The notes: generated from the sequence alone by a model not told the origin. A stretch of DNA of 64,000 bases from Alphaproteobacteria bacterium (GCA_965248835.1 CBDFLJ010000001.1:1344001-1408000), one strand, 5' to 3'. Numbered from the stretch's first letter, positions 40,702 through 50,539 are shown. Numbers and translations: made by a program.

Positions 40702-40879
40702 TGTTTCCTCCCTCGCATGGGCCAATGCCAAGGAAATCGAGTGTAGCCGCTCGCTCGGAAGAGGTCTATGGACTGCCCCTGTTCGACACGGACGAGGGTT
40801 CGACACATACCCTCGACGGTGCGCACCCGAACGGGATGTTCACACAGCGTGATCCGCTTCGACGCAACCGGCCGGCGCC

Positions 40880-40991
40880 CTGTGGATAACCGGCTTGCCG
40901 TCGCCAGACTCTTGGCGGTCGCTGCGACAAGCCGCTTACCCACAGCTCCCGGGGCAGCGAGAACTCCTACCCCACGCCTGGGGACACAACC
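40880..40991. repeat. Palindromic ~112-bp dispersed repeat, copy 2
   Basis: ctgtggataaccggcttgccgtcgccagactcttggcggtcgctgcgacaagccgcttacccacagct...ccacgcctggggacacaacc; same orientation as copy 1. Confidence 0.85.
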
Positions 40992-41010
40992 CACGCGTTG
41001 ATGTCGGCGC

Positions 41011-41188
41011 CGCTTCGCGAGCAGGGCTCTGGCGCTGGGCCAAGGGCTGCCGATGATCGGAAAATTGCTTGGCCACACCCAGGTGCAGACGACCGCCCGT
41101 TACGCCCATCTTGCCCGGGACACCGTCAAAGCGTCCGCCACTCTATATCGGCGACAGCATCGACCGCGACCTGGAAGCGGCGGAATAG
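41011..41188 (+). pseudogene. Tyrosine recombinase/integrase C-terminal remnant
   Basis: FASRALALGQGLPMIGKLLGHTQVQTTARYAHL (box II with catalytic Tyr), then frameshifted IGDSIDRDLEAAE*. Confidence 0.85.
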
Positions 41189-41225
41189 CGCACAATCTCC
41201 ACATCGCCCGGGGGTCCGGCGGCGG

Positions 41226-41648
41226 TTATCCGCCGGCACCGAGATCAAGAAACTCCGCCGGTGTCACTATCGGAATGCCGTGAAACGGAGACATCTCCAG
41301 AAGGTCGTGGTCTCCGGTGACGAGACAATCCGCGTCCCCCATCAGCGCCGTCTCAAGAATTTTGTCGTCTTCCGGGTCGCGGCACCCCAGCTTGGCGCCG
41401 GTAATCGACACCCACTCCGAGACCGCATCGAGCTGAACGAGGAACACCTCTCTGCCTTCCCGGCCGATATAGCCGTCGAACTTCGAGCGCCGGAGACGGC
41501 TTCGCAATTCCTCGAATGTTTCGTCGGAGAACAAAAGCACGCCGTTCTCCGCCCGCACCGCATTCACGACCGCCCGAGGCTGTCCTTCCGCTCGAAGCGC
41601 GGCGCTGATCAGAACGTTCGTGTCCAGAACGACACGCTCAGCTTTCAT
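41226..41648 (-). CDS. PIN-domain toxin (VapC-like, PIN_3)
   Basis: VVLDTNVLISA, CRDPEDDKILETA, LVTGDHDLL. Confidence 0.92.
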   Translation of the reverse strand: MKAERVVLDTNVLISAALRAEGQPRAVVNAVRAENGVLLFSDETFEELRSRLRRSKFDGYIGREGREVFLVQLDAVSEWVSITGAKLGCRDPEDDKILETALMGDADCLVTGDHDLLEMSPFHGIPIVTPAEFLDLGAGG

Positions 41649-41889
41649 CAGCCAGAAGCGCTTCGAGCCCAGCCTCCGTGAGGCCGTTTGCCGACGCTTC
41701 GCGGCCCAAGGCGTCCATCGTCACCGTCAGGCGCTCCCAGGCGGCGCCGCGAAGCCGCTCGTATTGCTGTACCGACATCATCACCCCGACCGCTCGGCCT
41801 TTCTTGGTCACGCGAACAGGCGCGCTCTGGACGGCATCGAGCAAACGTCCGAAGCGATTCTTGGCGTCTCTGGCGGCAATCTCTTTCAT
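41638..41889 (-). CDS. Phd/YefM family antitoxin
   Basis: MKEIAARDAKNRFGRLLD..PVRVTKKGRAVGVMMS; overlaps the toxin start. Confidence 0.9.
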   Translation of the reverse strand: MKEIAARDAKNRFGRLLDAVQSAPVRVTKKGRAVGVMMSVQQYERLRGAAWERLTVTMDALGREASANGLTEAGLEALLADES

Positions 41890-41924
41890 GTAGCTATAAT
41901 AGCCATAATATCTCCTCGCTGCAA
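41890..41924 (-). promoter_or_regulatory. Probable leaderless promoter/operator of phd-PIN
   Basis: TTGCAG-17bp-TATTAT-6nt-ATG; tandem 9-bp repeat agctataat/agccataat across the -10. Confidence 0.6.
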
Positions 41925-42353
41925 GCCCGGAGATAAGCAGGCGCTCGGGATAGCCTGCAGCATTGCCGCGAACACTACCTCCGCGGGTTCGATGCGCCCT
42001 CGGTCTCATCGGCGCCGTGCACGCGCCGACACGTTCCAAACTATCGTGCGATTTCGTTGCAGTCGATGCGGTGCCCCGCGCGCGTTGATGTCGGCGCCGC
42101 CGCAACCGGGGATGGCTTACCGGTCCGTCGCTCCTGCGGCCGATGCGGTATCGAACGCGCCAGGTCGTTGGAATCCGCCCCGTCGCATCGAAAATGAAAG
42201 GAAAAACAACCCCTTGTCATCAATACACCACGGAACTTCGGGCTTGCGAGCGGGTCGACAAGATTGGGTTGGGAGAATCGTCGGCTGGCGATAAAATGCC
42301 TTCCAACAGGACCACCGGTGGTTCCTTGGTATACTTCGGTGGAGTGTGTCGAA

Positions 42354-43187
42354 ATGGGTCGATGGAACCAAGAAAGTATCGCATGGGATGAATTTGATCG
42401 GGCGCTGGTGGACCCGAACATCGTCCCGATCATCAAGGCCGCGTGTCTGGTCGAGGCCAACGCAAAGGACTACGGCGTCTATCTGTGCAACGTCTTCCAC
42501 GACGACGCGCGGATACAGAGGGCGATCATAGGCTGGGCCGCCGAAGAGACCGTCCACGGACAGGTGCTCGCGCGCTGGGCCGGGCTGGCCGACCCCCAAT
42601 TCGATTTCGACCGGGCGTTCGCCAGGTTCACCGACGGGTACAGCCTGCCGTTGGAGGCCGACGTCTCGGTGCGCGGCTCACGGGCCGGCGAGCTGATCGC
42701 CCGATGCATCGTCGAAACCGGCACGAGTTCGTTCTACAAGACGCTGGGCGACGCGACGCAGGAGCCGGTGCTGCGCTCGATCTGCCGGCAGATCGAGAAC
42801 GACGAGCTTGCGCATTACGAGCTGTTCCGGCGCTATCTCGAACGCTACCTGCAACAGGAACGCCGCGGATACTGGCACCGGCTGAAGGTCGCGTTCTCGC
42901 GTATCGCCGAAGCGGAGGACGACGAACTGGCCTATGCCTACTACGCCGCCAACATCGCCGATCACGAGCCCTATGACCGCACCCGGTGCGCGATCGAATA
43001 TGCCCGCGCGACGCTTGCCTATGTCGCGCCGGACCACTTCGAAAGGGCCGTCGGCATGATCCTGCAGCCCGTCCTGTTCACGCGCGGTGCGGCGATCGTC
43101 CGCCGGATCTTCTCGCGCGTGATCTGGCTGACGATCCGCCTCCGTTTCTTCGTCCTGGCGCGGCGGCACGCGGTGGCGGCAAGCTGA
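42354..43187 (+). CDS. Ferritin-like diiron protein (acyl-ACP desaturase-like)
   Basis: Diiron ligand pattern LVE..EETVH..IVE..DELAH; RBS GGAG. Confidence 0.82.
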   Translation: MGRWNQESIAWDEFDRALVDPNIVPIIKAACLVEANAKDYGVYLCNVFHDDARIQRAIIGWAAEETVHGQVLARWAGLADPQFDFDRAFARFTDGYSLPLEADVSVRGSRAGELIARCIVETGTSSFYKTLGDATQEPVLRSICRQIENDELAHYELFRRYLERYLQQERRGYWHRLKVAFSRIAEAEDDELAYAYYAANIADHEPYDRTRCAIEYARATLAYVAPDHFERAVGMILQPVLFTRGAAIVRRIFSRVIWLTIRLRFFVLARRHAVAAS

Positions 43188-43194
43188 GCCGGCG

Positions 43195-45882
43195 ATGGGC
43201 GCCGCGGGCACGCTGTCTAGCCTGCGGACGCTTCAGGAACTGATCGCGGGCCTGGATCGATTCGGCGCGGCGACCGCGCTGATCGCCTTCTCCCCGCAGG
43301 GGGTCCAAGAAACAAGCTACGCTTCGCTGCTGGACCGCAGCCGACAACTCGCCGCCTGGCTGACCGGCCGGCGCATCGAGAACGGCGTACCGGTCGCCAT
43401 CTTCGCGCCCAACAGCATCAACGCCGTCATCTGTCGGTTCGCCTTGATCCTGGCCGATGCGCTCAGCGTGCCGATCGACTTCGACGCCGATGCCGGCCGG
43501 CTCCACGATGTCCTCCGGGACAGCGGCGCCCGGCATCTTTTCGTGGCCTCGACCTTTCTCGATGTCGCCCGGGACGCGATCGGCCGGCTCGGCGAGGATG
43601 TCGAGATCGTCCTTCTCGACGACCCGCCGGAGGGTGAGGACCTGCCGCTGCTCGTCGGGCTTGCGGCCGAGCCGGCTGCGGCGCCCCGCCATGCGGACCA
43701 AGATGCGCCGGTGGCGCGGTTCTATACCGCCGGCACCACCGGGGTGTCCAAGGCGGTGCCGCTGTCCCATCGCAACATCCTGACCAATTTGCGCGTGCTG
43801 ATGGCGCTCGAAATCGTCGGGCCCGGGGACCGCGTCGTGTTGCCGCTGCCGCTGCATCATTCCTATCCGCTGATCGTCGGACTTCTGCTGCCGCTCGCCT
43901 CGGGCGCGGCGGTGATCTTTCCGGCCGGCATCGCGGGACCGGATTTCGTCCAGGCGGTCAAGGAGGGCGGGGCGAGCATCGTCGTCGGCGTGCCGCGGCT
44001 TTACGAGGCCTTCGTCGCCGGCCTCGACAACCGCATCGCATCGCTCGGCGGCCTCAACGCCGCGTTCATGAAAAGCCTGGTCGCGCTCGCCCTGTTCGCG
44101 CGCAAGCGGCTCGGATGGCGCATCGGCCGCGGCCTTCTGCGGCCGCTCCATGCCCGGATCGGTCCCGGTCTGACCACCCTGGCGTGCGGCGGCGCCCGGC
44201 TCGACGCCGACGTCGAGTGGCGGCTCGAAGGGCTGGGCTACCGCGTGCTCACCGGCTACGGGTTGGTCGAGACCGCCTCGATTGCGACCTACAACCGCCC
44301 GGGCGCCGCACGGGTCGGCAGCGCCGGGCGGCCCTCGCCGGCCGTCGAAATGCGGATCGTGCCGGTCGAGGAGATGGACCATGGCGAGGTCCAGTTTCGC
44401 GGGCCCATCGTCTTCGGCGGCTACGCCAACAACCCGGACGCCAACGCGGAGGCCTTCACCGACGGCTGGTTCCGCACCGGCGATCTCGGCTGGCAGGACG
44501 AGGACGGGTTCCTGTTCATCTCCGGGCGGCTCAAGGAGGTGATCCCGCTGTCGGGGGGAAAGAACGTCGCGCCGGCCGATGTCGAGGCGGTCTATGGGCA
44601 AAGCCCGTACGCCGAGGAGTTCGCCGTCCTGGAGCGCAACGACCGGCTGGTCGGCATCGTCGTCCCCGACATGGACGCGCTGCGCCAGTCCGGCGATGCC
44701 GACATCGAGCAGCGGCTTCGCCTGTCCTTCGGCGAGCTGGGCCGCAGTCTGCCCGGCTATATGCGGATCGCGGATTTCGTAGTCACGCGGGAGCCCTTGC
44801 CGCGCAACCCGCTCGGCAAATACCGCCGCTTCCGTCTGCCGGAGCTGTTCGAGCGGGCCGAACGCGGCACCGCGTCGGCCCCCGGAGCGTTGAGCGAAGC
44901 CGACCGGGCGCGGCTGTCGAGCGAACGCGCGGCAACGCTGATCGCCTGGCTCGGAAGCCGTTTCCTCGACGCCGTGCTCCACCCCGACACTTCGCTGCAG
45001 ATGGAGCTCGGCATCGATTCGCTGTCGTGGCTCGATCTCAGCCTGGATATCGAAAGGACGCTGGGCGTAAGGCTTTCCGAGGAGGCGATCGGCGGGCTGA
45101 TCAACCTCCGCGACCTCATCGACGCGGTGGAGGGCGCCGAGAGCGCCGCGGGGCCGGACGAAACCGACCGCGCGCGCCTCCAGGAGCGGGTCCGCGCCGA
45201 CAACGCACGCTGGCTCGCCGAGCCCGGGCCTTGCGCGCGCCTATTCGGACCCTTCCTGCATCAAGCGGTGCGCCTGGTGATGAGGATCGGCTTTCGCCTG
45301 CGCACGACCGGCAGACCGCCGCCGCTGGCCGGCCGGTTAATCATCCTGGCCAACCATCTCAGCGATCTCGACCCTCTGGTCCTCGGCGCGGCGCTTCCCT
45401 ACCCGATGCTCCGCCGGGTGTGGTGGAGCGGAGACGCGGCGCGTCTGTTCGGCAACCCGGCCGGCCGGATGCTGGCGCGCATCGCCCGGATCTTTCCGGT
45501 CGACGACCGGGCGCCGGATGCCAGTCTCGCGCGCGCGGCCGAAATCCTGGAGCGCGACCGGATCCTGGTCTGGTTCCCCGAGGAATGGCGATCGCCCGAC
45601 GGCAGCCTGCAGCGCTTCCGCGCCGGCATCGGCGCGCTGGTGGAAAGGACTGGCGCCGATGTCGTGCCGGTCGTCATCGACGGCACGTTCGAGGCGATGC
45701 CCCGCACGGCACGGCTGCCGCGGCCCCGGCCGGTTTCGATCCGTTTCGGCCAGACGATAAAGGCGGCCGACCTCCTTGCGGACTTGCCGGGCGGCGGCCC
45801 CCGCGAACGCCATCGCGCCATCGCCCAACGGCTGCACCAGGCGATGGCGGGGATGCTGGCCGAGCGCCGCGGACAGCGCTGA
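43195..45882 (+). CDS. Fusion: fatty-acid adenylation domain + acyl carrier domain + PlsC-type acyltransferase
   Basis: YTAGTTGVSKAV, GYGLVE, WFRTGD; LGIDSL phosphopantetheine site; NHLSDLD (HX4D) and FPEE.RS..G..FRAG. Confidence 0.88.
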   Translation: MGAAGTLSSLRTLQELIAGLDRFGAATALIAFSPQGVQETSYASLLDRSRQLAAWLTGRRIENGVPVAIFAPNSINAVICRFALILADALSVPIDFDADAGRLHDVLRDSGARHLFVASTFLDVARDAIGRLGEDVEIVLLDDPPEGEDLPLLVGLAAEPAAAPRHADQDAPVARFYTAGTTGVSKAVPLSHRNILTNLRVLMALEIVGPGDRVVLPLPLHHSYPLIVGLLLPLASGAAVIFPAGIAGPDFVQAVKEGGASIVVGVPRLYEAFVAGLDNRIASLGGLNAAFMKSLVALALFARKRLGWRIGRGLLRPLHARIGPGLTTLACGGARLDADVEWRLEGLGYRVLTGYGLVETASIATYNRPGAARVGSAGRPSPAVEMRIVPVEEMDHGEVQFRGPIVFGGYANNPDANAEAFTDGWFRTGDLGWQDEDGFLFISGRLKEVIPLSGGKNVAPADVEAVYGQSPYAEEFAVLERNDRLVGIVVPDMDALRQSGDADIEQRLRLSFGELGRSLPGYMRIADFVVTREPLPRNPLGKYRRFRLPELFERAERGTASAPGALSEADRARLSSERAATLIAWLGSRFLDAVLHPDTSLQMELGIDSLSWLDLSLDIERTLGVRLSEEAIGGLINLRDLIDAVEGAESAAGPDETDRARLQERVRADNARWLAEPGPCARLFGPFLHQAVRLVMRIGFRLRTTGRPPPLAGRLIILANHLSDLDPLVLGAALPYPMLRRVWWSGDAARLFGNPAGRMLARIARIFPVDDRAPDASLARAAEILERDRILVWFPEEWRSPDGSLQRFRAGIGALVERTGADVVPVVIDGTFEAMPRTARLPRPRPVSIRFGQTIKAADLLADLPGGGPRERHRAIAQRLHQAMAGMLAERRGQR

Positions 45883-45899
45883 GGCAAACGACCGGCTTC

Positions 45900-47042
45900 C
45901 TATCCGGGCCAGCCGGTCGGGACGTGGCGCGCCGTGCGCAGGCGTTGCCTGTCGATCCACCGCCACTCGTGCGCCCGGTCGTAGACCCAGGCCTTGATCC
46001 GGGGCGGCAATCTGGACGGCATGCCGTAAAGCGTCGAGAAGCGCTGGGTATGCTCGGTCAACGGGCGTTCGCGCCGCTCCCATTCGGCGAGCGCGGCGGC
46101 GATGTCGTCGTGGCGGTCGAGATACACCGCAAGGCTGAGCCCGTTCATCATCCCGCAGCCGCCGCCCTGACCCAGGTTGGGCGCCATCGCGTGGGCGGCA
46201 TCGCCGATGATGGCGACCCTTCCCCTGGACCAGCGCTTCAGGCGGATCACCAGGAACGGGTCCCACCGCCCGCGGTTGCCGATGCGGGTCAATAGCGTTT
46301 CCAGATGGGGAAACGCCCGGCGCCACAGCGCCACGTCGATCGGCATCCGCATCGCCGCCTTGTCGGTGTTGGGCGCGAGCAGTGCGACATAGACCCATCG
46401 ATCGGAACACGGCGTGTACAGGATGCGCTTGGCACCGGACCAGTATTCGACATAGATCTGGCTCTCCGGCGCGCTTCGCTCTTCCTCGGTGCGCGGGATC
46501 AGCAGGCGGATCGCACCTTCCGACAGGGTCTTGCGCGACCTCATCAGCCCGAGCGAATCCCGTGTGCGCGAGCCGACGCCGTCGGCGCCGACCACAAGGT
46601 CGGCCTCCATTCGCCGTCCGTCCTTGAGCAGGAGCGCGCCGTCGGCGCTCGCACCCACGGCCTCGGACCCGGTGACGATCTCCGCACCGGCCTTCGTTGC
46701 GGCCTCGGCAAGCGCATCGATGCAGTCCTGGCGGACGATGGAGAACATGCGCATCGCCCCGCCCGGGGGCCATTCGATCCGCGCAATGGTGGCGTTGGAA
46801 TCATCGCGCATCTCGCGCGCGACCCCAGGGAAGGCATCGCGCGTCGCCGCCTCGTAGGCGTTTACCGCCTCGAACACCTTCAGCCCGTTCTCGTAGATGT
46901 AGATCCCGGCGCCCGCCGTGCGCAGCCGGTCCGCCATCTCGTGGACGCGCACGCTCCAGCCCCGCTGGGCGAGCGCGGCGGCCGCCGTCAGCCCGGCGAA
47001 GCCGGCCCCGGCGATTTCGGCGTGGCGCTTTCGAGCCGGCAT
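45900..47042 (-). CDS. FAD-dependent monooxygenase, MHPCO (2-methyl-3-hydroxypyridine-5-carboxylate oxygenase)-like
   Basis: AEIAGAGFAGLTAA..GWSVRVHE..LRTAGAGIYI.ENGL; GADG; GDAAHAMAPNLGQG. Confidence 0.8.
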   Translation of the reverse strand: MPARKRHAEIAGAGFAGLTAAAALAQRGWSVRVHEMADRLRTAGAGIYIYENGLKVFEAVNAYEAATRDAFPGVAREMRDDSNATIARIEWPPGGAMRMFSIVRQDCIDALAEAATKAGAEIVTGSEAVGASADGALLLKDGRRMEADLVVGADGVGSRTRDSLGLMRSRKTLSEGAIRLLIPRTEEERSAPESQIYVEYWSGAKRILYTPCSDRWVYVALLAPNTDKAAMRMPIDVALWRRAFPHLETLLTRIGNRGRWDPFLVIRLKRWSRGRVAIIGDAAHAMAPNLGQGGGCGMMNGLSLAVYLDRHDDIAAALAEWERRERPLTEHTQRFSTLYGMPSRLPPRIKAWVYDRAHEWRWIDRQRLRTARHVPTGWPG

Positions 47043-47192
47043 TTTCGGACCCCAGGCAGGCACGGCTGAGCGTGCGGGATTCTAGCAGGACGCTCCGGCG
47101 CGCTCGACAGCGGCCGGGAGGCCACCGGCTACCTTGGCGCGCGTCGAAGGATGTATAGTCCGGCAAGGGCGAACCCGCCGGGAGGACGTGCA

Positions 47193-48215
47193 ATGACCCA
47201 GGCCGCGACCAACTCGCTGGCCGAATTCCATCGGCGCTTGCGGGAAGCGGCAATCTGGCCGTTCTGGGAAGTCAGTGGCGAGGTCATGATGTCCGAGCCC
47301 TGCGCGCCCGATCCGCCGCATATCTGGCGGTGGAAGGACCTGCTGCCGTTCATCGAGCAGGCCGGCCGCAGGGTGTCGATGGAAAACGCCGAACGCCGGG
47401 CGTTGATGCTGGTCAACCCGGCCTTCGGCGAGCGCAGCTTCACCACCACCAACCTGTTTGCCGGCATCCAGATCCTGGAGCCCGGCGAGACCGCTGCGCC
47501 GCACCGCCATACCCCGTCGGCGATGCGCCTGGTGGTCGAAGGCGGCGGGACGACGGTGGTCAACGGCCAGCACTGCCAGATGCTGCCCGGCGACCTGATC
47601 CTGACCCCGAACTGGGCCTGGCACGAGCACAGCAACGACACCGACCGGCGGGTGGTGTGGCTCGACGCGCTGGATATCCCGCTGGCTCAGAACCTGGGGC
47701 CGATGTTCTTGGAGCACGGCAGCACCAACAGGTTCGACCAGGACCTGTCGGCGATTCCCGATCCGGCCTATGCCGTCGGTGGGTACATGCCCGACGTCGC
47801 CGCGCCGGCCACGCCGTACTCCCCGATGTTCCGCTATCCGTGGGAGCGCACCCTGACGGCGCTCAAGGAGACGCCGCTGGCCGCGGACGGCGCGCGCCGG
47901 GTGCGCTACACCAACCCCGTCGACGGCGGGCCGGTCATCCGCAGCATGGACTGCTATGCCTGGGAGCTGGCCGAGGGCCAACAGACACGCCCGACAAGGA
48001 GTACGGCGAACGCCATTATCACGGTCGTCGAGGGCGAAGGCCGTTCGACCATCGGCAGCCGGACCATCGAATGGGCCGAGCACGACGTCTTCACCGTGCC
48101 GCACTGGAACTGGACGAGCCATGTCGCCGTGTCCGGGACCGCGCGGCTTTTCCTCTACACCGACCGGGAGGTCCTCAAGCTGTTCAATTTCCTGCGCGAG
48201 GAGGTCCGCGACTGA
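47193..48215 (+). CDS. Bicupin ring-cleavage dioxygenase (gentisate 1,2-dioxygenase-like)
   Basis: ERRALMLVNP, PGETAAPHRHT, GDLILTPNWAWHEH, WLDALD. Confidence 0.87.
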   Translation: MTQAATNSLAEFHRRLREAAIWPFWEVSGEVMMSEPCAPDPPHIWRWKDLLPFIEQAGRRVSMENAERRALMLVNPAFGERSFTTTNLFAGIQILEPGETAAPHRHTPSAMRLVVEGGGTTVVNGQHCQMLPGDLILTPNWAWHEHSNDTDRRVVWLDALDIPLAQNLGPMFLEHGSTNRFDQDLSAIPDPAYAVGGYMPDVAAPATPYSPMFRYPWERTLTALKETPLAADGARRVRYTNPVDGGPVIRSMDCYAWELAEGQQTRPTRSTANAIITVVEGEGRSTIGSRTIEWAEHDVFTVPHWNWTSHVAVSGTARLFLYTDREVLKLFNFLREEVRD

Positions 48216-48289
48216 CCGGCAGGAAGCGCAGGGTTCGCCGCCCGGCGGGGAATCGGGGTCCGGTACGGACATAGGGTTGGGTTGTTAAG

Positions 48290-49090
48290 ATGCCGGACTT
48301 CGGTGGTACGGGTGAGAATCTTGAGAATCTGCTGAGCGCCGGCGATCCGCCGCCGGTTACAGTGGTGAGAGCGGACGCGGCGGGACCGGCCGTCCTGACC
48401 TGCGATCACGCGAGCAACGCGGTACCGCGGTCGCTCGACGGTCTCGGGCTGCCGCCGGCCGCGCTCCAAGGGCATATCGCCTGGGACGAAGGGGTCGCCG
48501 AGGTCGCGCGGCTGATGGCCGGCCGGCTCGATGCGGCTTGCGTGATGGCCGGCTATTCGCGGCTGGTGATCGACTGCAACCGGGTGCCGGACCACGAGAC
48601 GTCGATCGCGGCTGAGAGCGACGGCACCGCGGTGCCCGGCAATCTTGACCTCGGCGAACACGAACGCGCGCTGCGGCGCAGCGCCGTCTTCGATCCCTAT
48701 CACCGGGCGGTCGCCGCAGCGCTCGATGCGGTGCGCGCACGCGGGCAGAGGCCGGTGCTGATCGCCGTTCACAGCTTCACCCCGGTCATGGACGGCCGGG
48801 CCCGGCCCTGGCACATCGCGGTTCTCTGGGCGCAGGACCCGCGCCTGCCGGTGCCGCTGATCGCGGCGCTCAGGGCCCGTGGCGACCTGGTGGTGGGCGA
48901 CAACGTGCCCTATTCGGGGCGCGACCAGTACGGCTACACCATGGACGCCCACGCCGGCAGGACCGACATACCCCACGCCCTGATCGAGATCCGCACCGAC
49001 CAGATCGCCGACAGGCAAGGGATCGCGCGCTATGCCGGGATCCTGTCCGAGGCGCTGGAGCCGGTGCTCGCCGGGCTCGCGGCCGGCTGA
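48290..49090 (+). CDS. N-formylglutamate amidohydrolase family
   Basis: TCDHASN, HIAWD, SRLVIDCNR, HSFTP, IEIR.D. Confidence 0.88.
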   Translation: MPDFGGTGENLENLLSAGDPPPVTVVRADAAGPAVLTCDHASNAVPRSLDGLGLPPAALQGHIAWDEGVAEVARLMAGRLDAACVMAGYSRLVIDCNRVPDHETSIAAESDGTAVPGNLDLGEHERALRRSAVFDPYHRAVAAALDAVRARGQRPVLIAVHSFTPVMDGRARPWHIAVLWAQDPRLPVPLIAALRARGDLVVGDNVPYSGRDQYGYTMDAHAGRTDIPHALIEIRTDQIADRQGIARYAGILSEALEPVLAGLAAG

Positions 49091-49209
49091 TCCGCATGCC
49101 CCGCATCGAGGAGGCGGCCCCGGAACCCGATCGAGGCCCGACGGTGGACAATGCCGGCGGATTGACCAATATCGGCCCCACAAGTTCGTCGACGCCGAGG
49201 GAGAAGATC

Positions 49210-49512
49210 ATGGATGATCAGACACGGATCGAGCTGGAAGCGGCCGCCTTCAGGAGCCTGGTCGACCACCTGCGCAAGCGTACGGACGTCCAGAACATCG
49301 ACCTGATGACCCTGTCGGGCTTCTGCCGCAACTGCCTCAGCCGCTGGTACAGCGAAGCCGCCGCCGAGCGCGGCATCGAGATCGACTACGAGCGCGCGCG
49401 CGCGCTCGTCTACGGCATGCCCTATTCCGAATTCAAGAAAAAGCACCACAAGGAGGCGAGCCCGGAGCAGATCGCCGCGATGAAGGAAGCCCAGGCCCGG
49501 GCCGGTCACTGA
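49210..49512 (+). CDS. DUF1244 family protein
   Basis: ELEAAAFR.LV.HL, DVQNIDLM.LSGFCRNCL. Confidence 0.88.
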   Translation: MDDQTRIELEAAAFRSLVDHLRKRTDVQNIDLMTLSGFCRNCLSRWYSEAAAERGIEIDYERARALVYGMPYSEFKKKHHKEASPEQIAAMKEAQARAGH

Positions 49513-49540
49513 GGGCGTCAGCGCGTACGAGGAGGCGTCC

Positions 49541-49798
49541 ATGGCCGAAGCGAGTTTGGCGGCCGACAGGCTGCGTTCGTTCATCGAACGGATCGAGCGG
49601 CTCGAAGAGGAGCGGGCGGGCATCGCTGCCGACATCCGCGAGGTCTATTCCGAGGCCAAGGGTGCGGGCTTCGACATCAAGATCATGCGCCAGGTCGTGC
49701 GCCTCAGGAGGATGGACGACCACGACCGTCTGGAGCAGGACCTGGTGCTGGAGACTTACCTGCGCGCCCTCGGCATGGCCGCCGCCGCGCCGCAATAG
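49541..49798 (+). CDS. gapR: GapR / DUF2312 nucleoid-associated protein
   Basis: DRLRSFIERIERLEEE..DIREVYSEAKGAGFD. Confidence 0.88.
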   Translation: MAEASLAADRLRSFIERIERLEEERAGIAADIREVYSEAKGAGFDIKIMRQVVRLRRMDDHDRLEQDLVLETYLRALGMAAAAPQ

Positions 49799-49840
49799 CA
49801 CCCTCCCGTCCCCGTTCTCGGGCCAGGGAGGTATTTCCGT

Positions 49841-50539
49841 TCAGAAATTCTCCACCCACGGGCGCAGTTCGACTTCCCAGGTCCAAGCGCTGCGGTTCTG
49901 GCGGTGGATGTGCAGATAGGTATCGGCGATCGCGTCGGGGTCCAGTGTGCCGTCTTCGCCGCGCTCGGCGACACGGGCATCGCCGGCTTTCGTGATGCCG
50001 CCGTCGATGACGAAATGGGCGACGTGAACGTTCTTCGGCTGGAGCTCCCGCGCGAGACTCTGGGCGAGGCCGCGCAGGCCGAACTTGCCCATCGCGAAGG
50101 ACGAGGAATTGGGATAGCCCTTCACGCTGGCCGAGGCGCCGGTCAGCAGGATCGTCCCGCTGCCGCGTTCGACCATCTGCCGGGCGGCCTGCTGGGCGAC
50201 CAGGAACCCGCCGAAGCAGGTGATCAGGATCGCGGTGCGCACGTCCTCGGGGTCGATGTCGGTCACCGGCCCGCGGGCGCGGTTTGACGGGTTGTAGACC
50301 ACCACGTCGGGCGCGCCGATGTCGGCGGTCACCGCTTCGAACAAAGACGCGACCGAGCCCGGGTCGGCGGCCTCGCAGCGGTAGGCGCGCGCGCCGGTCT
50401 CGGCCAGGAGATCGGCCAGCTTGTCGGTGTTGCGCGCGGCCACCGCAACCGACATGCCCTCCTTCTTGAACAGCCGGGCGAGCGAGGCGCTGAGCCCGCT
50501 GCCTGCACCGACAATCAACGCTTTTTCGTTCTCAGCCAT
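49841..50539 (-). CDS. Short-chain dehydrogenase/reductase
   Basis: GAGSGLS, TGASASVKG, FAMGKFGLR, HFVIDG. Confidence 0.9.
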   Translation of the reverse strand: MAENEKALIVGAGSGLSASLARLFKKEGMSVAVAARNTDKLADLLAETGARAYRCEAADPGSVASLFEAVTADIGAPDVVVYNPSNRARGPVTDIDPEDVRTAILITCFGGFLVAQQAARQMVERGSGTILLTGASASVKGYPNSSSFAMGKFGLRGLAQSLARELQPKNVHVAHFVIDGGITKAGDARVAERGEDGTLDPDAIADTYLHIHRQNRSAWTWEVELRPWVENF

